A stretch of 64,000 bases of DNA from Monocercomonoides exilis PA203. Its lineage: Eukaryota > Protista > Preaxostyla. Position 1 is the first letter of the stretch. Each line of letters starts with the position of its first letter. The notes below the pieces were generated by a model that worked only from the letters and a program-made list of their open reading frames with translations, ran no database searches and was not told the origin of the DNA. Positions 37,010 to 50,046 of this stretch are shown here, piece by piece. The stretch lies in the NCBI GenBank assembly GCA_001643675.2, contig LSRY02000010.1, forward strand, positions 1 to 64,000, given 5' to 3'. Position numbers and translations under genes: made by a program.

Positions 37010-38803
37010 GCCTAATCCGAGGCATTATAAACCCAGGAATGCTCTGCTTCTCCGTCGCCTCTCTCACTTTGCTTGCCCTCCACAGCCAGTTCAGCTACAC
37101 CCTCATCGCCTACAAGGGAGAATGTTGTGCTGGCTACACGCCGCGTAACCTGGTGACTGAGTCAAATAGAAGCAGCATCATCATCATCACCTACTCGTCC
37201 GAGTGGGGAATGGACGAAGGAGAAGCACATAGGCTGAAGGTGAGAGTGAAGACGCTGAGCGAAGGAGAGAGATGGCGCTTTGCACATGTGTGGAACGAGG
37301 TGAAAGAGCAGATGAAGGAAACATACAACCGCAAGGAAAGACGGCCAGTGACACTGGATCGACTGATGTCGGTGTTTACAGATGGAGAAGGAGAGAGAAT
37401 GAGAGTGGGGCAGCAGGGCGATGTGGTTGAGTTTGTGCCGGAGCTGTTTGGGCAGCTGGAGATGTACTTTGACATGCAGAGTGCTCCAAACGTGGAGCGG
37501 AAGCTGTTTGGCGGGCGGATGCTGAACGAGGTGATGTGCGAGAGAGGGCATGTGACAAGAAACGTGGAGCCATTCTACATGCTGGAGACAGAAGTGGCTG
37601 GGTTTGACTCGCTCATTCAGTCGCTGCATGCGATGATGCGGGGCTTGTTCACAAACGACTATGTGTGTGAGGAGTGCTTGAGAGAAGAGGAGGAGAAGAA
37701 AGAGAAGATGGAGAAGGAGAAAGAAAGAAGCAGAACATCAACTGGATTTCAATATTTGTCGCAAACGCAGCTGTAAACGAAGCCACGAAATCCTGTTTAT
37801 CCTTCTCTTTCTTCTTCTTCTTCTCACTTTGGTTTCTCTCCTTCCTTCACTTCGTTGCACAAGGAATCCTTCTCTATCTTTGTAAACTCGCTTTCTTCCT
37901 CTCATTCCGGAGCAAAGACGATGTGGATGATGCAAAGAGAGCAGGAAAAACACACAGAAACACGCAAAAAATGCTCGTTTTTTATGAACAGCAGCGTCAG
38001 AAGCAGCAGCATGGAAAGAGAAGGAAGAGAAGGAGGAGGAGGAAGTGGTGGGATAAATAGCAGAGAAGGAAAAAGTGGCAGTCTCATTGGTGATGTTGGT
38101 GTAACTCCCGTCCGCTCCCCCTCACGAGCCATCCACCGAAGCAGTCTGAGAGTCCTTCCAAATATGCTTTTCGTTCATCTGCGGCGCTTCGACATCGATC
38201 AAAGCACATTCCAGAGAAAGAAAGTGAACTCCTTCTTCCGCTTCCCCCTTGACGAGGATCTGGACTTGTCTCCTCTGATGGAGGAGTCGAGGGAGCATTC
38301 AGAGAGAGAGTGAAGACAGAAAAGGAGATTTTCGAAGGAGCAGCTGAAGCAATCCAGAAGCAGCTGCTGCTGCTGCCAGCTCCAGAGGGCGGGTTTGCGA
38401 AGCTTTTGAGTCCGAGCTCGTTCGCTCGGTACAGCCTGGTGGGTGTGATATGCCACAGTGGGAGTATTGAGGCTGGGCATTACTACACGTTTGTGAGGAT
38501 GAGGGAGAAGGAGAAGGAAGGAAGAGTGAAGGAAGTGGAGAAGAATGAAAGGAAAGCTGGGCGCTGATAAATTATCATATAGCCAGTCTGGTGATGGGAA
38601 AAGAAGAACTCGAAGATCAGTTTTTTGGTGGCGCAGCGTCTATGAGCAAGACGGTGGAGGCGCTGACGAAGGAGATTGAGATGGAGAGTTTAAAAGAAGG
38701 AGAAGGAAAAGAAGAAGAAGAAGGAGAAGGAGAAAGAGAAGAAAATATGAGAGAGAAAGTGCGGAGAGTATTGGAAGCATATGGAAAGTGGACGAAAACA
38801 TAA
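37010..38803 (+). pseudogene. Conventional ubiquitin-specific protease (peptidase C19), disrupted
   Basis: Cys box RGIINPGMLCFS, QQGDVVEF, LFGGRMLNEVMC, EPFYML, YVCEEC, LPNMLFVHLRRFD..RKKVNSFFRFP..LDL and YSLVGVICHSGSIEAGHYYTFVR. In-frame TAA at 37774, frameshift in an (AG)n run near 38305, and stops after 38565. Confidence 0.85.
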
Positions 38804-41523
38804 TGCAGATATGTTGCGAAAGAGTTTTCTTTTCTGCCTTCATTCCCGTTTCTGAAATTGGATGACAAGAGAATTAAGAAAAAGGATGAGAAATTGGATA
38901 TGTGAGTCTGGTTGATGGTGAAGAGAAGAGGAAGGGAGAAGAGGAAGTGAAGAAGAAGAAGATGATGATGATGAAGGAGGTGTAGGAAGAAGAAGAAGAA
39001 GGAAAACGAGAAGAAAATGAAGAAGAAGAAGAAGAATTTTAATCTTCAAAATAGAAATGGTGAGAAGAAGGGAGGGAGGAAACGAAAGGATCAATGAAAC
39101 CAGAAAAAGCAGAAGAAATAATATTTTTGTGATTTGAATGAAAAGAAATTGAAGAATTAAATGAAGAATTTAAAGTAGAAGAAGAAGAAGAAATTGGAGA
39201 AGAAGAAATAGAAGAAACAAAGATGCAGGAGCAGAAGGGGGAGCAGAAGGCGGAAGAAGAGGAGGAAGGGAAGATTTAGAGGAAAAAGCTGGAGAACGAG
39301 AAATACGAGAAGAAGAAGAGGAAGAAGATGAAGAAGTAAACCCATGAGATATTTGATTATGATTATCTCCAAAATGCTCTACAACACTGATCGTCTTCGG
39401 AGAAATATTTGAAATTTCTCCGAAAACAATGCAGGAATATCAGAGAAGCAGTCCAAAAATGAAATTTCTTTGAGTTTCTTTGTGCATTTTCCTTTGTTTC
39501 CAAATTAATTTTTGTTAAAAATTGAGTTTTCTGCAATTGAAGGTAAGAAGTCAATGTCTTTATCGAAATTGTCTTCTTCGAAGAATGTTTCGTCTCTTTT
39601 GGGGGAAGAATGAGTTGTTTCTTGTGTGATGAATATATTGGCTCTATCTTCTCTTTCTCTTTCTTCAATTAATGGTTCTTCTTATGATTTCAATGATTCT
39701 CTTCTTTTTCTTTCTTTTCCTTCTCATTCAATTTCTATTCTTTCCCCTTTTTCTTCTTCTTCTTTCAAACGACTTTGTATTGATTCATAAAATATCAAAA
39801 TAATTTTGTTCCATTTCGTTATCCAATATTTGTTATGAATTTCTCCCTTAATTGCATCAAGTGCTCACATCTCTAACAAGTCTTTAATTTTTATTGATTT
39901 GTTTTCGCCGAGTTTTCAAAAATGTGAATGCACAATTTGCCAACCTCACTGCATCTGGCCTTCATTGCTCAAAATACTCCTATGATGCTGCTCAAGAAAA
40001 AAACACGCTCTTTGTTCCTCGATAAACTTGACAAAAAGGATTTATCCAATGTTTTGAGCCATCTCTTTATTTTTTTCGCTTCTTCAGATAAAAATTTCCC
40101 TTTTTGTTTTCCCTCTTCTTTCTAACTTTTTTTATCAAAAACTTTTTTGTTAAATGCGTTTCATTCTTCACAACATAAGAAAAGCGATTTGTTTGATAGC
40201 AAGATAACGAAATCATCAAATAAAATAACAAACCCCGAAATATAACAAGTCCGTAAATCAGCCTGCATGCGTGCGTCTTGAATCAAATGAAAAAAGGACA
40301 AATTGGAGAAGATTGCTGCAAACAAGCTTCATTTTGAGAAAGAATATTTAATGGGACTGGAAGATAATGGAGAAACATGAACTGGGAGAAGTGATTTAAG
40401 AAAGAAAAAGAAAGAGAAAAGAGAATCGTGTTTTAGGAAGCATCTTGATATTTTCCATTTTAAATTTTGGCATGCTTTATCATTTTTGAGATTCATTGAA
40501 AATAAAAAAAGTTTATGAAACTTAAATTGTTTGAAGGGGTTCGCTTCTTGTTGAGAGATGAAGAGAACATTGCTTTCCAATAATATTTTGTTCCATAGTT
40601 GAAATGAACAGTTTCTTCCTGTTGTCACAATCTTCCATCACCTTATTTTTGTGGGTGCTTAATTGGGTTTTTGTTTTGGAGTTCCGAACTATTATCAAAT
40701 CCTTATTGCTTGCTTTTAGTCAAATTTTGTGAGTTGCATCAAAATACTATCTTTCAAATGAGAGAATATAGTTTTTGTTTTCAGATTTTTGCAGCGCTCA
40801 TATTTTAACAATCTTTTTCATTATACAATAATTTTTCAATATTCTTTAAGGTGAAAAAATGTTATTCTTTTTATGATATGATAGCAGAATAAGTTTGGTA
40901 CAAATAAAGCATTTTTTCATGGAGAATAATTTTTCCTTAAAATTTGTTTCTAATTGTTAAAGAATCTTGTAAAAATAATGAAATTGGAAAAAAAAGCATT
41001 CTCTCTGTCTCTTTTTAAAAATATTTCCAAAAGCTGGTATATGATGACTTTCACTTTCCAACAATGAAAAATTTGAACTGCAATTCTATTCATATAAATT
41101 CTCATAAAAAGAGGCGCATTGAACAAATCTAACAACAGAAATATTTCGATATAAATATAAACAGATATACAAATCCATTTTTATACAAAAATGTTAAAAA
41201 ACTCTTAAGAAGTTCCAAAAACATAATGGCAAACGCCATATAAAAAATTTTTTTCATAAAGAAATATAACTTTTTTAAAAAAATATCTCTAAAGTTAATG
41301 ATGGAAAAAATGAAAAAATAATTGAAACAGAAATAAAACTCTCAACAATTATCGTTAAATGGAAATTATTAAAAAAAATTAAAATAATTGTAATTTCAAA
41401 AATATACATACATATATTTTTCCCCCTCTTCAAACAAGTGGGAAAACATTTCAAAAGAAAGGGGAAAAAAAATTAAAAATAAAAAGAACCATCCACTATA
41501 AATCCCATTTCTAATGCTCCTTG

Positions 41524-44500
41524 CTAATTCTTCTCATCCGCAATCCGCTTGTATTGCCTTCGCTTCCTCTTTCTCACCACACAGGCAACAATTACAGCCC
41601 CCACAACTGCAGCAATTGAAAACACACTCACAGATACAGCAATTGCCACCAGCTGAGCTGTTGTCAACTTCTTCGGATCTTCTTTCTTTTGTTTCACCAA
41701 AGTAATATATTCGGTGCTCCTTTTTTCTCCTTCTGATATGCCGCTTGGGTATCTCAGCCGGCAAACCAACGACGTGTATTCATCACCTTCTAGCAGTGAT
41801 GAAGGAATTATCACTCTCATCTCTGCCTCGTTCACATACTCAGAAACGGGGCATTCAATCCACTCCTTCATTTTCCCCACTCTTTTCTTTGATGCTTCAA
41901 CTGTAAGTTCACATGGAAATAGATACGACCCGTGAATCACAGCTTGTGCTCCTTCATCTGGTTCGATAATTTTTCCTTTTCCTTCCTCGACTTCGCCCTT
42001 TGTCTTTTTAGTAATCGTTGCATTTTTCAAAATGGGGGTGAAGAAATATGAGTCCATATCATCAGCAGCATTTCCACCTGGTTTACTTTTGGTAACCATT
42101 CCAAATGGTTTTCCATTCAATCCATCGCTTCCAGGTGCTAAGGAGTTTATATAAGTATAATTAAACATTGGATTTGAGTTAACTATGATGTTGTGCCTCA
42201 TCGAAGGATACTTCTCCCAATTCTCTCCAATTGGGTGATTGTTCACAAAGCTGCAGTTGTTCAAGGTCAGACGAGAATACGTTGAATAAATCGCGCCGTC
42301 GCTGATGTCCACAAACGAGCTGTCATTAATGGTTATGCGAATCGCTCCATATAAATAAAGCAATCCAGAATCCCATGAACACAGCTGACTTTCCTCTTCT
42401 CCGATTTCATTCTTCTGATCGCTGCTTGCAGATGGCTTCTCCAATTTCAAAAAGTCATTCTTCTTTTCTCTTTCTTTTGAATTTCTGAATTCGTTGTTTT
42501 GTTTACCATTTGTGCCGTTACTATTTCTTCCGTAAATGACTAGCTGTGAAAATATTTCCGATCCTTGTTTGAACACTATCAGCCTATACGGAAGAGCCCT
42601 TCCTTCTCCACCCTTCGCATTTTCTCCTTTCAATCCAGTATGCCATGGCCTGAAGACAACATCAATTATTTTCAAGTTATATTCAGTACAAATCACATCC
42701 AGTACGTCTCCTTCAATGGCATCTGGATACTCGATGTCAATGTGCTCAAACCTCAGATAATAGTCTTTCGTATAAAACACAGCAATTGACTCCTCCGCTT
42801 TCATATTCGCACCAATTCGAAGGACGCCCCGATTCTTCTCTGTGGTTGTCAAATTCTTTGAAACAGTACCATATCTCTGTTCCCACTCAGATGATGGTTC
42901 AGATGCAGAAGTGAGTGTTACGTACTCGTCAATCAAAAACGGCTTGTCCACGAAGACTCTTCCAATAACATGCATCGTCATAACTCCATTCTGGATTCCA
43001 TGCTCAATGGCGGTGCTGATCAGATCACACGGTTTTTCTTTTTTCCCGCAAATTTTGTCGTCACTGGCCTTCACTCCTCCAACATAAATATTCTTCGAAT
43101 GATACGGCAGTTTGTTCGCTTCATCGCTCAGAAGATCAACAACATTCACCTCTCCCCCGTTCCTTTCTTCCAAAAGCATCAGATTCGAATTTCCATATAT
43201 CTCTTCCATCTCAAATTCAAACAATTCTTCTTTTATCTGCTTTCTTCCAATCGGAAACGAAAGATATACAAGTTCTCCTCTATCCGCGCAGCAGTTACTA
43301 AATATCATCCCGTTCAATCTCAAATTCACTTCTGCTGTTATTTTGTCAGCAACTCGAATAAACATCGCTCCACCTTTCGGCTCTTCGTTTGACAGAAAAC
43401 TCCATTCATTGATTGCATTTTGTGCACTTTTACATGAGCAATTATTGAATTCATCATTGTAAAAACTGTAATAATTAAAATTTCCAATTTCCAAATACAG
43501 AACTCCTCCCAATTTGTGTTCTTTCGAGTGACAATTGGAAAAATTTCCATCGAAAAAACTAAGCTGACTGCACTTCTCCAAAATAGTAACAATTGACTGT
43601 GTTGTGCTCGTAGTGGAGACTGTGTCCATGCTCAATTCATATAAATCAACATCTTTCGCAGCTTCAACCAATATGATTGCAAAAGAAGATGTGAAATGAG
43701 AGATAAGCACGTAGTTAAGAGAGAGCTTTCCCATTTTGCATTCAATCAGCACACAGTTCAGCATCTGTTTTGAATCTGTGCATGAGATGTTCACCTGGTC
43801 AATTTTAGTGTACACCCCGTCTCCATCACACACAAACAGGCCATTGTCTCTCCCGCTCTGTCTCGTTGTGTCCACTTGCACATCTGCTCTGTACAGTCGA
43901 AAATTCGCATTTTGCCGCACATTAAACAGTCCCTCACCTAGGTGCACCTTCGCTTCGTCTAGAACTGTTGTAATGCTGATGATGTTGTTTTTTCTGTTTG
44001 TGACTGTGGCAAACCTTTCTTCAATCAGTATTGACTCAATGTCGTATTTGTTGTGGTCTTCAGTTGTATATACTGTAAATGTTCTTCCTTGCTGACAATT
44101 CAAGAGAGCCTGCTTCATCGTCTTGCAAGGCCTTTCCCTTCTTCTTCCGCATCCTTCACTGTCTTCTCCTTTTTCGCCATCAACATCAACCTCTGCTGTG
44201 TCAACGCGCAGCCAATCTTCATGAAAAACAATTGCTCCATCTTTCTTAATCGCTCCTACTCGATGGTCTTTTGTCAAACTGAAGGAATCTGCATCAAAAG
44301 GCGATTGATTCATTTCGATGTCTCTTTCACTGCTCAATACAAGATCATTTCCGCACTGTTCTGCTGAATTATCTTTGAAGAAACAGTTTTTAAACAAAAT
44401 TTCGTCGATCAGTCTTGCCTCTTCTCCTAAATGAATTGCCATCCCTCCGCCTGTCATTGCCTTGCATTCCAGAAATGTACCGTTTCTGCATTCAAATTCT

Positions 44501-45627
44501 GCCATCTGCGTCAGGTCACGTATCAGCAGCCCTCCTCCATCGGAAGCTGCCTCACAGCTGCGAAACTCGACATTTTCCAACTTCACTTTCCCTTTCATCA
44601 CACCAATCATCACTTCTCCTCCACGAACAGCCCTTCCCCAATCAAATGAAGTATCGAGAATGTTCAGTTCACTCTCTGGGTTCATCATCTCAAAATAAAT
44701 GCAGCCACCATTTTCTGATTTCAGAGATCGAATCGAAGATATTGTACATTCGGAAATAATTATCTTCACTTTTTTGTCTCTCCCACTTTTTGCTTCGAGC
44801 AACGCTGGTCCTGCATTTCCCCTCTCAACAGAGCTTAAGCGGCCTCCTTCCAGTGTGAACGAAGATGGAAGCTCCAGTGCACATTCTTTTTCAAGCTTTG
44901 CATAGTCCACTTGAACGTTCTTCAATTTTTGTACAGCAACATCTTCGGATATGTGCAGAATGGTCACACCAGATAGATAATAATATCTTAAATAACCCCA
45001 AAAAAATCCATCAATTGATAATTTACCTTCTGTTATTCTCAAGATCGAAAATGGGGCATATTCATCAATCCATTTTTGAAAATATATGTTGCAATCCATT
45101 ATTGTCAAATCACCTTCAAGGCCTCTAGAAAGAATAATTGCAGATGCTTCTTCTGCTTCCTTTGATGACTGTCTAGTTTTAAATGGAATAAGATTAAATG
45201 TCAAATGTTCCAGAGTCAGGGTTTTCTCATTTGCCATGTGGAACATCCCTTTCGCAGCAATGTCATCCAATTCAAAATTGACTGTTCTTCTCGTTCCCTG
45301 TTCCGATGCTGCTTCCATCGCAAGGCTGAAATCTTTTGAAAATTGAAAACTGTAAGGTGTTTCAGTTGAGTCAACAATCTTTATGGTTTTATCTCCAGGA
45401 CCTTCCCCAAGCAGCTCAATTCCTTTCAAAATTGTTTTGCACGGATCCGCTTCACTTCCACAGTTCTGCTTCGAATCGTCTCCTTTTTCAGAAATAAAAA
45501 CGGCATCAATAGCTGCCTCGGGATAGCCATCGGAAAATACATTTGACAGATTTTTGTAATCGTCTTGCCGAGTGGGACAACTTGCAAACAGAAAGTTCGC
45601 GAGAATCAAAATCAAAAACATTTTCAT
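41524..45627 (-). CDS. Large type-I membrane surface protein (1367 aa) with probable right-handed beta-helix/pectin-lyase-like repeats
   Basis: Intact ORF with N-terminal signal peptide MKMFLILILANFLFASC. Three G.D...CG....PC motifs and repeated F..C.A..GG(A/G) motifs. C-terminal TM helix, basic stop-transfer RKRKRR and tail YKRI. Confidence 0.9.
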   Translation of the reverse strand: MKMFLILILANFLFASCPTRQDDYKNLSNVFSDGYPEAAIDAVFISEKGDDSKQNCGSEADPCKTILKGIELLGEGPGDKTIKIVDSTETPYSFQFSKDFSLAMEAASEQGTRRTVNFELDDIAAKGMFHMANEKTLTLEHLTFNLIPFKTRQSSKEAEEASAIILSRGLEGDLTIMDCNIYFQKWIDEYAPFSILRITEGKLSIDGFFWGYLRYYYLSGVTILHISEDVAVQKLKNVQVDYAKLEKECALELPSSFTLEGGRLSSVERGNAGPALLEAKSGRDKKVKIIISECTISSIRSLKSENGGCIYFEMMNPESELNILDTSFDWGRAVRGGEVMIGVMKGKVKLENVEFRSCEAASDGGGLLIRDLTQMAEFECRNGTFLECKAMTGGGMAIHLGEEARLIDEILFKNCFFKDNSAEQCGNDLVLSSERDIEMNQSPFDADSFSLTKDHRVGAIKKDGAIVFHEDWLRVDTAEVDVDGEKGEDSEGCGRRRERPCKTMKQALLNCQQGRTFTVYTTEDHNKYDIESILIEERFATVTNRKNNIISITTVLDEAKVHLGEGLFNVRQNANFRLYRADVQVDTTRQSGRDNGLFVCDGDGVYTKIDQVNISCTDSKQMLNCVLIECKMGKLSLNYVLISHFTSSFAIILVEAAKDVDLYELSMDTVSTTSTTQSIVTILEKCSQLSFFDGNFSNCHSKEHKLGGVLYLEIGNFNYYSFYNDEFNNCSCKSAQNAINEWSFLSNEEPKGGAMFIRVADKITAEVNLRLNGMIFSNCCADRGELVYLSFPIGRKQIKEELFEFEMEEIYGNSNLMLLEERNGGEVNVVDLLSDEANKLPYHSKNIYVGGVKASDDKICGKKEKPCDLISTAIEHGIQNGVMTMHVIGRVFVDKPFLIDEYVTLTSASEPSSEWEQRYGTVSKNLTTTEKNRGVLRIGANMKAEESIAVFYTKDYYLRFEHIDIEYPDAIEGDVLDVICTEYNLKIIDVVFRPWHTGLKGENAKGGEGRALPYRLIVFKQGSEIFSQLVIYGRNSNGTNGKQNNEFRNSKEREKKNDFLKLEKPSASSDQKNEIGEEESQLCSWDSGLLYLYGAIRITINDSSFVDISDGAIYSTYSRLTLNNCSFVNNHPIGENWEKYPSMRHNIIVNSNPMFNYTYINSLAPGSDGLNGKPFGMVTKSKPGGNAADDMDSYFFTPILKNATITKKTKGEVEEGKGKIIEPDEGAQAVIHGSYLFPCELTVEASKKRVGKMKEWIECPVSEYVNEAEMRVIIPSSLLEGDEYTSLVCRLRYPSGISEGEKRSTEYITLVKQKKEDPKKLTTAQLVAIAVSVSVFSIAAVVGAVIVACVVRKRKRRQYKRIADEKN

Positions 45628-45914
45628 AGAAAGACAATTGGTTGTTGATCAACAAAAAGAAAACCACTGTCAAAAGTGTTCTTGTTCTTTAAAATTCTTA
45701 TTGCGTCTTTCTTTTTGGAAAAATTGCACCATGTTTCAGACTTTTCATTTCTGTGTGTTTACAGTTTTATTATTTGGGAATGAATTTCAGATTGAAAAAA
45801 CAACATATTTTCCACTGTTTGAGGAAGAAGAAAAAAAGACATATTTTTGTGTCAACGAATAATATCTCATTTTTATTCCGAAATATTTTTCTTTCTTCTT
45901 TTTGTATGTTTCAT

Positions 45915-45918
<4 letters not shown>

Positions 45919-45970
<52 letters not shown>
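45919..45970. repeat. poly(A) tract (~50 nt)
   Basis: Read directly. Similar poly(T) tracts at ~52474-52503 and ~55859-55900. Confidence 0.9.
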
Positions 45971-45972
<2 letters not shown>

Positions 45973-48131
45973 ACAACGAATCATTCATTCAAAGAAAATG
46001 AATCGAAACAGTTGCTTCTAAACAAAAATTGCAACAAAGCAAGAATCTCAAAAGCAACTTTTTCATTTGATTCTTTCATTTGTGTTTCACGAGAAGGGAT
46101 TTTTTTGAAAAGGAAGATCAAAGCTTATGTGGTACTGTTTTCCCAGCGAATTGAGGCAACTGAGACTTTGGAGATACATGAAACAACTCTGATTGACCCA
46201 TTGATATTAACTCGCTCCGATCTTCTTCGCGATGATATTCATCCCATTTGCTAAGGAACGTCAGCGTTTTATATGTTGAAGCAGTGTTGATTTTCCTGAT
46301 GATGGAGCTTTTCATTTTTTTCTTTTCTTCCATCGCAGCTTCCTGTCTTGAGTTGTGTTTGGCCATCAATTTCTCTTCGTTGTTGATTCTGCCTTCAAGC
46401 AAGTGCTTCTCCTCCCTTCTCTCTCACAAATCTTGAATCTGTGCACTCTGGTGCGTTAGTCCTCTCTCTTTCCTCTTCTCATCGACACGTTCAAATGTGC
46501 CTGCGTTTCTCAACAACTTGAACCATATCCCATCAACTATTCATCCTGCGCTGCTGGTGCTGACTGAACGATTATTCAGAGAACAAGAAGAACCACCTTA
46601 TTGAACAGCATGCTAGTTTCAGCACAAACAGAGCACAGCCAGTGGCAGAGATTTCTATTTGCAAATGCTCATCTCACAGCATGCCCACTGCTCCAGAAAC
46701 AGAACAGACAAAGGAATCGCCAATGTTGCAAAGCAGAGACCTCCACAATTCATTCCCATTTGCTGCTATTTGCCGCATCAAGAAAAGATCAATCGCAAAA
46801 ATCACACATACACGCACACGCACAAAGTGAACAGCAGAAGGCAAAGCGAAGCAAATGGCAGTTCGTTTTCTTGAGACAAGAACAATAGAATATTATTCAT
46901 GACAGTTGCGAGTGAATGTTTGCAGATGGCTGAGGAAAGAGAATTTGGTTGCAAGGGAAGCAAGATTGAAGGAGATAAAGATGAGCCGCTGTTGAGGAAG
47001 ATGCACAGAATCCAGCGGATGCAAAAACAGAAACAGAAACAGAAAAAGAAACAGAAAAAGATGATGATGAGCTGAAATTAAATGGTATTTTTTCTGGCCA
47101 AATGTTGAACATAGAACTGAAGAAGTTGTTGTGGAATAGCAACATTTTGAATTGCCTTTGTGACATATTATGGAATTGTTGAAAACATGTTGCAAACAAA
47201 ACAAATCATGATTGACTTATTATTTTTTCCAAAAGAGCTCAACAAAGCAGAAGATGCAAATCAATGTGGAACAAAGCTCAGTGACACAATGAGAGATAAC
47301 TTTTCTTTGTTCAGATCGTTTCATTTAGCACCAGATTGTCTTCATAATCGCTATACACAAAATATTCTTTTCCGAAAAACTTCGATCATCCAATTCATTT
47401 CCTTCACTCATTTGTTGTCATTTTCCCACTTTCTAATTGGACAACAGCTTTCTTTGTTGAAAACGCCCCAATGCGTTTCACTTCTTTTTCAAGTTGACTT
47501 TTCACTGAAGTTGTTTTCATCCAAATCACAGTTTAAGTGAGAAAAGAAGCATGAAGTCTATAATCTCGTTTATTTGCAAATTGCTGTTTGATCCCTTGTT
47601 CATTTTTGCCTCATTTTTCTCACTCAAAAAAGGAATGAGCATTTCTATGAAATGCATGATGTTTTGGCTTTGAAAAGGCTTCACACGCAGATATGTGCAT
47701 CATGAACTGAAACACTTTTATTGTTTGTTCAACAGCAAAGAATAGAAACTTTTGACAATTGTGATTCTTGAAAAGACATCCCAACAAAAACACGTTCTTC
47801 AGTTGTAATTCCAAATTAAGGAATAAATTTCCATTGTTTTCTGTTTCACAGGAATTATTTCTCGCAATTCAGTGGTGTATTTTATCTTTTGTTCTCCCAT
47901 TTTGCTGATGGATAATTTCGTTTAGAATAATAAAAAATGATTACGATCAAAACATCCATTATAACATTCAACAATAATTTAGGCTTTGTTTCTTTTTGTT
48001 AATTCTTTCCAAAAAAATACCATGATCCAAAGAAATGTTTGAATGCTGAAATTTTAATGATTGTGCACCTTTTTCGTTTTTAAATTTTTTTCAAATTGGC
48101 TTGTTTTGTGTCTGTGTACTTGAAGAAAACG

Positions 48132-49598
48132 ATGTGTTTTCTGGATGATGCAATGAAAAAAATGCAGGAGATGAATATAACAAAAAAGTTTCATGGTTTG
48201 CAAACGTTGATATTTTTGAATTTATGATTTCTGCTTCTTCTTCCTTTCTTTCATATTTCTTTGAAGTTTTGTTCGACGAACTGGGACATTGCTCCGAAAT
48301 TGAACAGGAACAAAAAATCGAAGAAATGAGAAGAATGGTTGAGAAAATGAATGAAGATGAATTTCAATCCGTGATAACTACAAAAATGTTCAATGGAATT
48401 AACAAAATGGTTGAAGAAAAGAAATTGATAACAAAAAATTTAATTTTGTTGTTGAAGTGCATTGGTTGTCGCAAAATACTTATCAACATCTCAAGTCAAA
48501 GTTTTGATCATTCTTTTCTGTGCAAAAGAATTGTAAAGATGATTGTTGAAGAAGATGACAAGAAAGAAGAAAAAAATGAAAAACTTATTGTTGATTTATG
48601 TGAATGCTATTTTGTGTTGAATGCAAAGGCTTCTCCAGAGAAATTTTTTTCAACTTGTATCCCTTATCTTTTTAAAGTGGCTTCAAACAAAGAGGAAAAT
48701 GAGAAGACACAAAAAGAAGTGGAAATAGTTTTATTGTCTTTAAGTCAGATCTATATGTGTTATGTTTGAAATTTTTTTACCTTTTTTTATTTTTCCAAGA
48801 AATTGATATTTCTTTTTCCTTTTATAAAAAAAGGACCTTGAAAAAGAATTGTATTTGAATGAAATCAAAGATATTATCCTATATCATCAAGAACACCACA
48901 ACCTCACTCGAATTGCTTATCAATCTGCTTGGCATTTTTTAATAAGCCGAATATTCTTCAACGGATCTTTGGAAGATGTCATTGTGAATAAGTTGCATTT
49001 TATCGAAGATACAACAAAAGAACTGGAAGAACTTTCAAAATATATTGTTTGGAAGAGAGAAAAAGAAGAGGAACGAGGAAAAGAAGCAAAAGAACTTCTG
49101 ATTTTGATGATGTGGCTTGAAACAATAAGGTCTTATTTTTTCTCGTGCAAAATTTGGAATGAAAAATATGTTGGTTTAATCAGCAGCATTGTTCAGGTGC
49201 TTCGGGCAACAAAAGATAATTATAGAAAATATTTCAACATGTGCCTTTGTTTATTGAGAAAAGCTGCGGAAAATGAAGCGGTGAAAGTTGAAGACTTGTT
49301 GAAAGGAGGAGCTGTTGATGTTGTTTTGGAAGAGATTCGGAGATCGAAAATGGATGACGAAATTGCATATTATTGCTTGGTTTTCTTTTTGAACATTGCC
49401 GAAAGACGGAAAGAGGAGGAGGAGAATAAAATGGAAGAAATGAAAAGAAAAGCAATGAAAATGGAGATATTTGAAAAGATGGAGGAAGGAGGATGCGAAG
49501 ATACCATTACAAGTTTTCATAAAAAATTATATTTTCTTTACAGAAAATATTATGGTGGCTTATCGTTGAATATATGTGATTATTTTGTTAAAGTTTGA
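48132..49598 (+). CDS. Helical (ARM-like) protein of an expanded lineage-specific family, 3 exons
   Basis: Exon 1 48132-48195, intron 48196-48266 (GTTTG..AG), second intron near 48760-48835. Paralog of 50047-51512 (YHQEHHNLTRIAYQSAW vs YHHAHQNLTRLAYQSAW). Confidence 0.8.
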
Positions 49599-50046
49599 GA
49601 AAGTGAAATAATGCGAATTTTGAAACTCATTTTTTTTTTTTTCATCATTTCAAAATTCTTCAAAAAATTTAATTAATTTTTTTTCAAGGATTTCCCACAT
49701 AACTTCAAAATTTCAGGATTTTGCAATAGGACGATTTTTCTTTTAATGTGCTCTAATAATCTCTTTCTTCCAATAGAAGCTTCTATCATATCTGATGACA
49801 CAGTCTTTCAAAACACCTTTGCAAACATAAGAATCTTTTTCATCTTCTTCCTCTTTGTTCACAATTTTGCAAAAAAATATAATTTGGTTGGTATTTTAGA
49901 AAAAGTTAGAACCAAAAAAAAAAAAAAAAAGCAAATATGTATATTTTTTGTTGTTAAAGAAAAAAAAAATAAACAAATAAAGTGCTCAAACTCGTGTGAT
50001 TCAAAAACAATAATTAAGATGATGGGGGAAAAAAGAGGCAAATGAA

